IMG/VR virus record: IMGVR_UViG_3300025121_000014
Span: 168,945 to 232,944 of that record
DNA: 64,000 nucleotides
Direction: 5' to 3' (one strand)
DNA from: a virus
Taxonomy: Duplodnaviria > Caudoviricetes
Shown: positions 29,753 through 38,377 of the stretch, piece after piece
Numbering within the stretch: position 1 is the first letter of the stretch
Layout of the letters: the number at the start of each line of letters is the position of its first letter
Made by a program: the position numbers and the translations under genes
Notes under the pieces: model-generated
What the model saw: the letters and a program-made list of their open reading frames with translations, nothing else
The model's database searches: none
What the model was told of the DNA's origin: nothing

Positions 29753-31552
29753 TTATATTTTATCATAATCAACTAAAAAATGTATATTTTTATCAATTTT
29801 ATCACATTCTAACATAATTATAGAATTATCATTAATATTAAAAACTGAAAATTTATGATTATTTGTAGATAGTATTTCATCACCATCGATATAAATAATT
29901 TTATTAAATTTATCATCTTTAATATTTTTTATATCATTAATTTTTACTAATCCATTAAAATTAATATTTTTATTTATTATCATTTTATGTATTTTTATAT
30001 CTATATCTTTTGTTCTTACAAAAAGAAAATCATTTTTAATTTTATCATAAATAAACCATTTATGATTTTCTGAACATATTAATATTTCACCGTTTTTTAA
30101 ATTTATGGTAACACTTTTTTCTATTTTTTTTGTAATATTTGTGATTAATTTAAAATTTGATTTATGTGTAATTACAACATCATCTAATTTAACATCTTTT
30201 ATTTTAATTTTTAATTTTTCACTATCTCTTAATATTGTAATTAATGTTTCTTCATATAAACAATCACCTTCAGTTAAAAATAAATGACATTTTTCAGATT
30301 CAACTGTTCCTGCTTTATTTGCATCAACTAATTTATCTACTTTAACTTTTTTAAATACATCTTTATTTAATTCTTTTTGTAATTGAATTTGATCTTTCAT
30401 CATAGATAATTTAATTAAATCATCTAACATATCAGACTTAGATATTCTTTTAATTATAGCATCATTTAATTGAACATCTTTTAATTGTCCATTTAATTTT
30501 GATGTTAAATTTTCTTTTGTTTGATTATCAAATACTGGATTTACTATTTTTGAATTAATAAATATTAAAAATCTATTTTTAATATCATTAGGTCTTATAT
30601 TAATACCCTTATTAGTTTTAGTTAATAAGTCTTTTACTGCATTAACTACATTACTAGTTACAAAATTAACATGTGTTCCACCAAAAATTGTTGATATACC
30701 ATTTACCATACTAACATGTGTAAATAAGTCAGATGGTGATTTAGCAACACCAATTTCCCAAAAATCATTTATTTTTTCATAAAATATTTCACCATTAGGT
30801 TCAATAAATAATTTCATATAATCTCTAAATGATCTTACTGGAATCATTACACCATTTAAAAATACTTTAACGGTAGGATTATAAGCCGCTATATCAATGA
30901 CACGTTTTACTAATAATGATTTTGTTTGTTCATCGATAGTAATCATATCAAATTTTTCAAAATCTGGTTTATATGTTATTTTAGTAAAACTTTTTTTAGA
31001 TTTTCTTGTGACTGGTTTAGTCATGGATGACATATTTTTAGAAAATTTTTGACGATATACTTTTTTACCATCAGCAGTTTCTACTTCAAACATAGTTGAA
31101 TAAATATTAGTGAGTTTTGCACCATAACCGTTACGTCCACCTACAAACCGTTCTTCATCATCTGAATAATTTTCACCTGTAAGTAAATGACCAAAAACCA
31201 TTTCTGGAATGTAAATTTTTTCTTTACCGTGAATTTCAACTGGAATCCCAGGTCCATCATTTTCAACAGAAATAATTTCTTCATCTATATTAATTTTAAT
31301 ATAAGATACTTGACCTGTTCTTATAGCATGGTCAGATGCATTAGTAATAATTTCATCAAATATTTTAATAAAACCTGGATTATAAGTTACTGTCTTATAT
31401 TCCATTTTAACTTCTTTTATATTATCATAATCAGTAGCAACAAAAATATTTTTAGTATCCATTTGTATACTCCCTATATAAGTTTCTGATCGTTTTAAAA
31501 TATGCTCTTTATGAGTTAATTTCACGTATCTATCTTCAACTTTTTTTACCAT
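29753..31552 (-). CDS. top2: Type IIA topoisomerase N-terminal half (GHKL ATPase plus TOPRIM start), ending in a split-intein N fragment
   Basis: EHILKR..TYIGS, FDEIITNA.D, ENDGPGIP, GGRNGYGAKLTNIYS, QTKE.L, LFLTEGD followed by C-L. Confidence 0.93.
   Translation of the reverse strand: MVKKVEDRYVKLTHKEHILKRSETYIGSIQMDTKNIFVATDYDNIKEVKMEYKTVTYNPGFIKIFDEIITNASDHAIRTGQVSYIKINIDEEIISVENDGPGIPVEIHGKEKIYIPEMVFGHLLTGENYSDDEERFVGGRNGYGAKLTNIYSTMFEVETADGKKVYRQKFSKNMSSMTKPVTRKSKKSFTKITYKPDFEKFDMITIDEQTKSLLVKRVIDIAAYNPTVKVFLNGVMIPVRSFRDYMKLFIEPNGEIFYEKINDFWEIGVAKSPSDLFTHVSMVNGISTIFGGTHVNFVTSNVVNAVKDLLTKTNKGINIRPNDIKNRFLIFINSKIVNPVFDNQTKENLTSKLNGQLKDVQLNDAIIKRISKSDMLDDLIKLSMMKDQIQLQKELNKDVFKKVKVDKLVDANKAGTVESEKCHLFLTEGDCLYEETLITILRDSEKLKIKIKDVKLDDVVITHKSNFKLITNITKKIEKSVTINLKNGEILICSENHKWFIYDKIKNDFLFVRTKDIDIKIHKMIINKNINFNGLVKINDIKNIKDDKFNKIIYIDGDEILSTNNHKFSVFNINDNSIIMLECDKIDKNIHFLVDYDKI
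29756..30262 (-). other. Split intein N fragment (IntN, 169 aa) with a duplicated block B
   Basis: Begins CLYEET directly after EGD; contains CSENHKW and STNNHKF 69 residues apart. Confidence 0.88.
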
Positions 31553-31716
31553 ATTTTAAAATTCTTGTATTTTTTATTTCATTTCAGTATATATAGTATT
31601 TTTCATAGTTTGTTTAACTAATCAAATGAACTATACATTAATTCTAATATTTTTCTATATCTACCATAATTACTTATTTTACATTATTATATTTAAAAAG
31701 TTTAATATTTCATATA

Positions 31717-31732
31717 TAATATATAATATATA
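31717..31732 (+). promoter_or_regulatory. Two overlapping TAATATATA motifs
   Basis: Copies at 31717-31725 and 31724-31732, just upstream of the 31738 ORF. Confidence 0.45.
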
Positions 31733-31737
31733 ATATT

Positions 31738-32079
31738 ATGAAAATAATTAACAATGATATGTTATATTTACAAAATTTTAAAAACTATATTATGAATGAA
31801 AATATAAATCAACATACTGATGACGAAAATTATATTACAAAAATTATTAAAAATATAGATAAAGATTTTAATATTGTTTTTACTGATAGACAAATAATAT
31901 TATCTATACAAAATCGATTTAATAGAGATAATCCTGTTTCATTTTCGAAAATGAAAAAATGTATGGAAAAATTTATAATAATCGAAAAAATATTAAAATA
32001 TAATAATTTAATAAATTCTGATCCAGATGCTATAGAATTAGATACCTATAGAATTAAAGCTAAATACACTTTTAATTAA
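31738..32079 (+). CDS. Hypothetical protein with a CTS-like N-terminus
   Basis: An alternative start at 31759 gives MLYLQNFKNYIMNE. Confidence 0.6.
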   Translation: MKIINNDMLYLQNFKNYIMNENINQHTDDENYITKIIKNIDKDFNIVFTDRQIILSIQNRFNRDNPVSFSKMKKCMEKFIIIEKILKYNNLINSDPDAIELDTYRIKAKYTFN

Positions 32080-32103
32080 ATTCCCTATTTTTAATAATTT
32101 ATA

Positions 32104-32132
32104 TTTTCCTAATTATAAATAAATTAGGAAAA
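32104..32132. other. Perfect 11-bp hairpin
   Basis: TTTTCCTAATT-ATAAATA-AATTAGGAAAA. Confidence 0.55.
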
Positions 32133-32172
32133 AGGAGCAAGATTATGATATATGTATTTTTATTTTTATTTT

Positions 32173-32219
<47 letters not shown>

Positions 32220-32308
32220 GATTTCAAAGTTTTTTTCAGACTTTATTTTAAATTTTAAATATATTATACTACTACACTAAAAAATAGGTATAAAATAAAA
32301 TATAATGT

Positions 32309-32989
32309 ATGGAAAATATAAATGGAAAATTAATAGTTCTTGAATCTTGTGATTCAGGAGGAAAATCAACCCAAGTAAAAATAATAAAAAATTATTATGA
32401 ATCTTTAGGAAAAACAATAAAACATTTACATTTTCCTATGTATGGTCACAATCAGTTTAGTGATATGATAGCAAGATTTCTTAAAGGTGAATTTGGAAGT
32501 AACGATGAAGTTGATCCATTATTTGTAGCTAATATTTACGCAATGGATAGGTATTGTTATAAAGACCAATTGATAAAAGATATAAAAGATTTTGATATTG
32601 TATTATTAGATAGATATGTTTTGTCAAATTTAGCATATCAATGTTCAAAAGTAAAAAGTGATGAAGAAAGAAATAAATTATTTGATTGGATATTAGAATT
32701 TGAGTTTGGATTTTTAGATTTACCTTTTCCTGATTTAACAATATATTTTGATTTACCAATTGGAACTATAAAAGAAAGATTAAATACTGAAAGAATAGGT
32801 GATGATAGAAATTATTTAGATGGTGAGCAAGATATACATGAAAGCGATATATTATTTCAAGAGAGAGTTAAAAACATTTACTTAATGATGGAAAATGTTT
32901 CAAACTATTTTATAATTAAAGCCTATAATGAAGATGGTATATTATCACCAAACGATTTATTTAACACATATAAGAACTTATTAAAATGA
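32309..32989 (+). CDS. tmk: Thymidylate kinase
   Basis: LIVLESCDSGGKSTQ P-loop, FPMY, LLDRYVLSNLAYQ, PDLTIYFD. Confidence 0.9.
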   Translation: MENINGKLIVLESCDSGGKSTQVKIIKNYYESLGKTIKHLHFPMYGHNQFSDMIARFLKGEFGSNDEVDPLFVANIYAMDRYCYKDQLIKDIKDFDIVLLDRYVLSNLAYQCSKVKSDEERNKLFDWILEFEFGFLDLPFPDLTIYFDLPIGTIKERLNTERIGDDRNYLDGEQDIHESDILFQERVKNIYLMMENVSNYFIIKAYNEDGILSPNDLFNTYKNLLK

Positions 32990-33147
32990 TATTATTAAAA
33001 AAAATTCTATGTTTATTACCTCTTTGGGGTGCTTTTTTTATAGCAATTTTTGGATTATATGAATGGTATGATAAAAATAAAATATATTATCATTTGTGGT
33101 ATATACCTACTTCAATAATATTAATTTATTTAATATTTAAATTTTAA
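32986..33147 (+). CDS. Small membrane protein (53 aa, two hydrophobic segments)
   Basis: Hand-translated MILLKKILCLLPLWGAFFIAIFGLYEW...IILIYLIFKF; ATGA overlap with the tmk stop; fills the gap exactly. Confidence 0.55.
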   Translation: MILLKKILCLLPLWGAFFIAIFGLYEWYDKNKIYYHLWYIPTSIILIYLIFKF

Positions 33148-33152
33148 ATATA

Positions 33153-33836
33153 ATGTTACACAAAAATTTGTTCTATTTTGATATAGAAACAGTAGGAAAA
33201 TATAAAGATTTAGAAACATTAAAATCTAATGATGAACGAGGATATAAATTATTTCTTAAAAAATATAATACTAACTCTTGGTTGCAAGAAAAAGGAACAA
33301 TTGAAGAATCTTATTTACAATCATCTTCTATTTTATCAGCATTTGGTAAAATAGTATGTATATCATTTGGGTATTATACAAATAAAAACGAAATTGGATA
33401 TACAATAAATTCTCTTTATGGTAATGAAGAAAAAATTATTGTAAAAGAATTTAATAATTTATTAAAAAAAGTAGGACAAAAACATATGTTATTATCTGGT
33501 TGGAGAATATTATCATTTGATATTCCTTGGATAGTACATAAATTAAATAAATATGAAATAGTTCCATCTAATTTATTAGATATCTATGGAGTAAAACCTT
33601 GGGAAATAAAAGCATTTGATTTAGCTGATGAATGGAAGCAAAAATTTGGTCATTATACGTCATTTGATGAAACTACATATGAATTGGGTATAGATAGTTC
33701 AAAAGATGATATAGATGGAAGTAAAGTACACCAAACGTATTGGAATGACCAGGATATTAATCGTATTAAAGTTTATTGTGAAAAAGATGTTTTAAAATCA
33801 ATGCAAGTATCTGAAAAAATGATAGGACATAGGTAA
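33153..33836 (+). CDS. 3'-5' exonuclease (PolB exo-like, DEDD)
   Basis: FDIETV, GKIVCIS, GWRILSFDIP, KPWE, IDGSKV, YCEKDV. Confidence 0.85.
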   Translation: MLHKNLFYFDIETVGKYKDLETLKSNDERGYKLFLKKYNTNSWLQEKGTIEESYLQSSSILSAFGKIVCISFGYYTNKNEIGYTINSLYGNEEKIIVKEFNNLLKKVGQKHMLLSGWRILSFDIPWIVHKLNKYEIVPSNLLDIYGVKPWEIKAFDLADEWKQKFGHYTSFDETTYELGIDSSKDDIDGSKVHQTYWNDQDINRIKVYCEKDVLKSMQVSEKMIGHR

Positions 33837-34478
33837 TTATTCTATATTTTCATCTTCATCTTCATCTTCATCTCGTTTATTTTTTTTATTAAATGGTTCT
33901 ATTAAACTTTTAAAACTTTCATAAAGATTATCATGCATTTGCTTACCGATTATATCATCATCAAATACAATATTAAAATTTTGAGATATACCTAATTCTC
34001 TATTAAGAGAATATAACTGCTGTAATTTATAAACATATTTACTATAATATGCTAATTTTTTATATTCGATTTCTGTTAAATTAATAATTACAGCATTATA
34101 TGACATTATAAAAACTTTCGTTTCATGTTTTATTTGTGTTATTAATTTACCTCTTTTGTATCTAAATATAAAAGACCACCAAAATTTTCTTCGTAATTTT
34201 TTAATTTTATCTTTTGGAGAAGAATTTAATAATATATTTTTCATTTTATCTGATAATAAGGGAAAATATTTTTCATTTAATCCTTCTACTATTTTTATTT
34301 CATTTTCAATTCTTATAAAAAAGAAATGATTGTTATTCCTAACTACAATAGATTCTATTATAGGGCTATCATCTATAGGTGATTCAAATATTATTTCAAC
34401 ATTTCTTTCTTTTAGTATTTTTTTAAATGCTTCTTTCATTTTAACATTTAACTCTATATCTAATTCTTTTAAATCCAT
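33837..34478 (-). CDS. Hypothetical protein
   Basis: 213-aa ORF with a TATATA motif upstream. Confidence 0.6.
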   Translation of the reverse strand: MDLKELDIELNVKMKEAFKKILKERNVEIIFESPIDDSPIIESIVVRNNNHFFFIRIENEIKIVEGLNEKYFPLLSDKMKNILLNSSPKDKIKKLRRKFWWSFIFRYKRGKLITQIKHETKVFIMSYNAVIINLTEIEYKKLAYYSKYVYKLQQLYSLNRELGISQNFNIVFDDDIIGKQMHDNLYESFKSLIEPFNKKNKRDEDEDEDENIE

Positions 34479-34578
34479 TATATAATTTCTATTTTAATCT
34501 ATATATAATAGTTATTAAGTTTAATTCGAAATTAAACATTTTACATTTTCTTTAATATAAAAATAAAAACTAATTAAA

Positions 34579-35043
34579 ATGAAAAAGTCAATTGATGATA
34601 CATATCAAGAATTAGATAATTTATGTGATAATCATTTGGATTATACTGATGAAGAATTATCCGAAAAATTAAAAATTATTTACCATATTTTCCCTATACA
34701 TCATATGAAAATGGAAAATATTGTTGCTAATAGAGTAAAAAAATATTGTGATAAAAATAAAATGAAATTAGAAGATTATAAAGGGGTATTACCTTATAGA
34801 AAATTTATTATACCCGTAAATAATTTATCTTATAAAGAAGCAAGAAAAAAAATTAAAAGCCTAATGAAAAATTATGAAGATATGAATATATCATTAGATA
34901 ATTTAGGTAATCTTGAAATAAATCAAAAAATTGATGACGTTAAACAAATAAAATATACTTACAAAAATGATAAAGGTGATATTAAAGTTAAAGATTTGGA
35001 TAAATATGAAAAAACTAAAAATAGGAAATGGATAGACGAATAG
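34579..35043 (+). CDS. Hypothetical protein
   Basis: 154-aa ORF, first of a tightly packed run. Confidence 0.6.
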   Translation: MKKSIDDTYQELDNLCDNHLDYTDEELSEKLKIIYHIFPIHHMKMENIVANRVKKYCDKNKMKLEDYKGVLPYRKFIIPVNNLSYKEARKKIKSLMKNYEDMNISLDNLGNLEINQKIDDVKQIKYTYKNDKGDIKVKDLDKYEKTKNRKWIDE

Positions 35044-35384
35044 TTAAAAAATGGAAAGATATAATCGAAAGTTTGTTATTTCCATATGAAATAAATAAAG
35101 GTATGATACCTATTATTGCAGAATATTTAGAAGAATGTATAGAAAAAGGAATTGATTATCAAAATAAATTAATGGAATTTAAAGGTAAATTATTAGATGA
35201 TGAAAAATTTAAAATTGATGTAGAAAGAACATATTTTCATAAAACTGAAAATTGTATAGTATATGAATTAAGTAATGGGGATAGTGTTTATATAGAAAAT
35301 AAACCTATTGTTGTTAAAGATAATGAAAATGTAAATTCACTGAACGATTTATTTAATTCAGTAATAAACAAAAAAGAAGAATAA
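35028..35384 (+). CDS. Hypothetical protein
   Basis: 118-aa ORF overlapping the previous gene. Confidence 0.55.
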   Translation: MDRRIVKKWKDIIESLLFPYEINKGMIPIIAEYLEECIEKGIDYQNKLMEFKGKLLDDEKFKIDVERTYFHKTENCIVYELSNGDSVYIENKPIVVKDNENVNSLNDLFNSVINKKEE

Positions 35385-35388
35385 AAAT

Positions 35389-35679
35389 ATGAAAACTAAT
35401 TTACCATTTGCTCTTAAACTTGCTGGGTATGCTACATCATTAGATAATGTTAAAATAACACCAGTAAATTTTGATACTGGTGTTAGAACAACTATTAGTA
35501 CTTTAAATATTTTTGGTTGGAAAAAACGATTACTAAAGAAAGCTATTAAATATATTAATAATGATATTAACATTTATCCTTATGGTTCTGAAATACAAAT
35601 ATATTCATTCGGTGGATATTTTTATAAAAAATATATTTGGATTAATACAGATTTAAAATATAACATTGTAATGAAATGA
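35389..35679 (+). CDS. Hypothetical protein
   Basis: 96-aa ORF in the operon-like run. Confidence 0.5.
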   Translation: MKTNLPFALKLAGYATSLDNVKITPVNFDTGVRTTISTLNIFGWKKRLLKKAIKYINNDINIYPYGSEIQIYSFGGYFYKKYIWINTDLKYNIVMK

Positions 35680-35900
35680 ATATAAAAGATTTAAAAGAAT
35701 GGTTATCAGAATTACCATTAGAATTTGATGAACACCAATTAGTGTATAGAGAAATATCAACTTTAAATGATGATTATTGGGCAGCAAAAGATATACCATT
35801 AACAACAAGTGGAATTGATGAAGAAAATAAAGAATGTTATTTTTGTAATGAAAAATCCTATTTAACAATGGTAAAACATGACGAAAATAAAAAAAAATAA
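35676..35900 (+). CDS. Hypothetical protein
   Basis: 74-aa ORF, ATGA overlap. Confidence 0.55.
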   Translation: MNIKDLKEWLSELPLEFDEHQLVYREISTLNDDYWAAKDIPLTTSGIDEENKECYFCNEKSYLTMVKHDENKKK

Positions 35901-35905
35901 AGACA

Positions 35906-36562
35906 TTAATTAATTATTATTTTTCTTGTTATTCTATCAAAAATTTCTTTTTGTTCAATTTCAGTAAAACCGTATAAATGAAAAGTATAGTATTTTTCTT
36001 CACCTGTCGAATAATCTAGTTCAGGACTTGATGTAGAATAATATGTATCTATCCAAAACTTTGAATTTGAAGTAGTATAAGCACCATTATATTCTAAAAA
36101 ATCAACGGATTTTTCAACAACAGTTTGTTCATCATATTTCCAATTATCAGGAATCATATTTTCACCTTCTTCATTTTCCCATCCTTGATCTGCATAATCA
36201 CCATTTTCAGCACTTTCTGGTGTTATTGTTTGATATGTAGTACGGATTATTCTTTCAGTTAAATTATCAATGTTTTTTTGTATTTCTTCATCTGTTGGTT
36301 TAAGTTTATCATTTAAATTATAACGTCTTATTTTATCTATTTTGTCAAGTGGTGATAATTTATTAAAATTTATATCCATTAAATCAGCAAGAGCTTTAAT
36401 AATTTCTTCATCACTTGGTTTAAATTTATCATCTAAATTTTCATCATTAATTTTTTTTAATCTATCAAGTGTATTTAGATTTAATAAAGCTTTTTCAATA
36501 TCTGCTTCTGATTTAGGTTTCAATAAATTTTTAATACCTTCATATGTTTTTAGATATTTCAT
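35906..36562 (-). CDS. Putative internal head protein: tag, two helical repeats, unknown C-terminal domain
   Basis: MKYLKTYEG-IKNLLKPKSEADIEKAL; LDDKFKPSDEEI and LNDKLKPTDEEI repeats. Confidence 0.65.
   Translation of the reverse strand: MKYLKTYEGIKNLLKPKSEADIEKALLNLNTLDRLKKINDENLDDKFKPSDEEIIKALADLMDINFNKLSPLDKIDKIRRYNLNDKLKPTDEEIQKNIDNLTERIIRTTYQTITPESAENGDYADQGWENEEGENMIPDNWKYDEQTVVEKSVDFLEYNGAYTTSNSKFWIDTYYSTSSPELDYSTGEEKYYTFHLYGFTEIEQKEIFDRITRKIIIN
36463..36519. repeat. Dispersed 57-bp repeat, copy 1 (copy 2 at 46037-46093)
   Basis: 55/57 identical by manual alignment. Confidence 0.85.
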
Positions 36563-36587
36563 ATTTTTAAACTAATTTTATATTATA

Positions 36588-36596
36588 TAATATATA
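36588..36596 (+). promoter_or_regulatory. TAATATATA motif
   Basis: Exact motif 22 nt upstream of the 36619 ATG. Confidence 0.45.
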
Positions 36597-36618
36597 TAAA
36601 AAATAAACAATAAAAAAT

Positions 36619-37239
36619 ATGAAAAAAGTATCTGTAATAATGGCTAGTTATCTCGGGTTCTACCCAGGAAGAAATACAAATCCAGATAAAAAATTTATAA
36701 GAGCAGTTAATAGTTTTTTAAAACAAACATATGAAAATAAAGAACTTGTAATAATAGCCGATGGTTGTAAGCAAACAGAAGAAATATATGAAAAATTTTT
36801 TAAACAATATGATAATATAAAATTAGTTTCTATACCTAAACAACAAATATATTCAGGAGAATGTAGAAATGCTGGATTAAACATAGCTACTGGTGAAATA
36901 ATATCTTATTTAGATAACGATGATGTATTAGGTAAAAAACATTTAGAAACAATTATGGAACAATTTACCGATGATGTTGATTTAGTTTATTACGATGATT
37001 ATCTTGTTATGAGTAAAGATTTTAAAACTTTACAAAAAAGAATAGTTGAAACAAGATATGGATCAATAGGAACTTCATCTATTACTCATAAAAATGTAGA
37101 TTGGATCAGATGGCGTACTGGTTATGGACACGATTGGTTATTTGTGCAAGAATGTATTATGAAAGGTATGCAGTTTAAAAAGTTAGAAAAAACACCAGCT
37201 TATTTAGTGGCACATTACGGTGGAGGTGGTGATTTTTAA
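36619..37239 (+). CDS. GT2 glycosyltransferase
   Basis: VSVIMASY, IIADGC, RNAGL, YLDNDD. Confidence 0.85.
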   Translation: MKKVSVIMASYLGFYPGRNTNPDKKFIRAVNSFLKQTYENKELVIIADGCKQTEEIYEKFFKQYDNIKLVSIPKQQIYSGECRNAGLNIATGEIISYLDNDDVLGKKHLETIMEQFTDDVDLVYYDDYLVMSKDFKTLQKRIVETRYGSIGTSSITHKNVDWIRWRTGYGHDWLFVQECIMKGMQFKKLEKTPAYLVAHYGGGGDF

Positions 37240-38103
37240 TTTTTCTAAAATATTATCATTATATCTAATCCTAATTAAATGAATATTGTTATTTTTACAA
37301 TATTCATTTTTTATTTTATCTCGTTTTTGTTGTTCATTAAATTTATTAATACCACCAAAAAAATCAATAGGTTTATAATGCTGTTCTCCGTCATATTCAA
37401 TACATATATTTTTTTCAGGTAAATAAAAATCAAAAGATAAAGAAAAAATATTTTTACAATCATCAAATTTTTTTTGAGTTTCAAATTTTATATTATTATG
37501 TTCTAATATTTTTTTAATTTCTATTTCACCTCTACTTCTACTACATATAGGACAACCATTTCCTTGTATGTGATTGTCTGGTCTTACTTTAAATTCACCA
37601 TGTTCAGAACATATTATAATAATTTTTGTTTTATTATTTGTATAATTCACTTTTGAGTAGTTATATTTATTATTATGAATTTTATTAGAATTTATTATAA
37701 ATTCGTCTTTTTTGTTATATTTGCCACTACATATAATACAACCATATCCAGATAAATGATCATTAGGTTTTTGTTCAAAATCACCATGTTTTGGACAATT
37801 TATAATAACTTTTGTTTTTGCGGTCTTATATACAACTTTATCATAGTTATATTTATTATTATGAATTTCGTTAGATTTTTGGATAAAATTTTTAATATTA
37901 TTTTTACCATTATTAAAACATAGTGGGCAACTAATACCGTTAATATGAATATATGGATATTGTTCTATTATTCCATGTGTTGGGCAAATATATTTAATTT
38001 TAGTTCTCCTATTAATATAATTTGATATATTATAATCATATTTATCACCATGTTTTTCTTTTGATTTTTTTATAAATTCTTCTGTTGTTAATTTTTTAGG
38101 CAT
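37204..38103 (-). CDS. Homing endonuclease with three Cys/His repeats (DUF723-like) and a Vsr-like nuclease domain
   Basis: Three KY.Y....Y.....K....C..HG......H..G..C..C repeats; FDFYLPEKNICIEYDGEQH. Confidence 0.8.
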   Translation of the reverse strand: MPKKLTTEEFIKKSKEKHGDKYDYNISNYINRRTKIKYICPTHGIIEQYPYIHINGISCPLCFNNGKNNIKNFIQKSNEIHNNKYNYDKVVYKTAKTKVIINCPKHGDFEQKPNDHLSGYGCIICSGKYNKKDEFIINSNKIHNNKYNYSKVNYTNNKTKIIIICSEHGEFKVRPDNHIQGNGCPICSRSRGEIEIKKILEHNNIKFETQKKFDDCKNIFSLSFDFYLPEKNICIEYDGEQHYKPIDFFGGINKFNEQQKRDKIKNEYCKNNNIHLIRIRYNDNILEKLKITTSTVMCH

Positions 38104-38337
38104 TTTAAATCATTAATTTTTTCTTTTAAAATTCTTTAAATCTAATTATTTAATTCTTCGTGTAAATTAGATAAAAAATATAGTTTTTAAATAGTATTTT
38201 CATACGTTTTTATTTTATATATAGTAATAGTAATATTAAAATTATCAATAAAAAAGATAAATAACATAAATCTATTAAGGATAAAATATACAAAATCAAA
38301 AAATATAAATGATATATTAAATAAGTGTTTAATAAAT

Positions 38338-38346
38338 TAATATATA
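38338..38346 (+). promoter_or_regulatory. TAATATATA motif
   Basis: Exact motif 31 nt upstream of the 38378 ATG. Confidence 0.5.
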
Positions 38347-38377
38347 CATTATAAAAATAAAAATAAACATATAACAT

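Noticed and set aside
32114-32121. T4 late promoter TATAAATA
   Set aside because: A single 8-mer of A/T is expected by chance at this composition and is not recurrent upstream of genes, unlike TAATATATA.
38150-38203. 17-codon ORF MKILFKNYIFYLIYTKN with a TATATA motif upstream, a possible decayed tagged gene
   Set aside because: Too short, with no supporting frame continuity.
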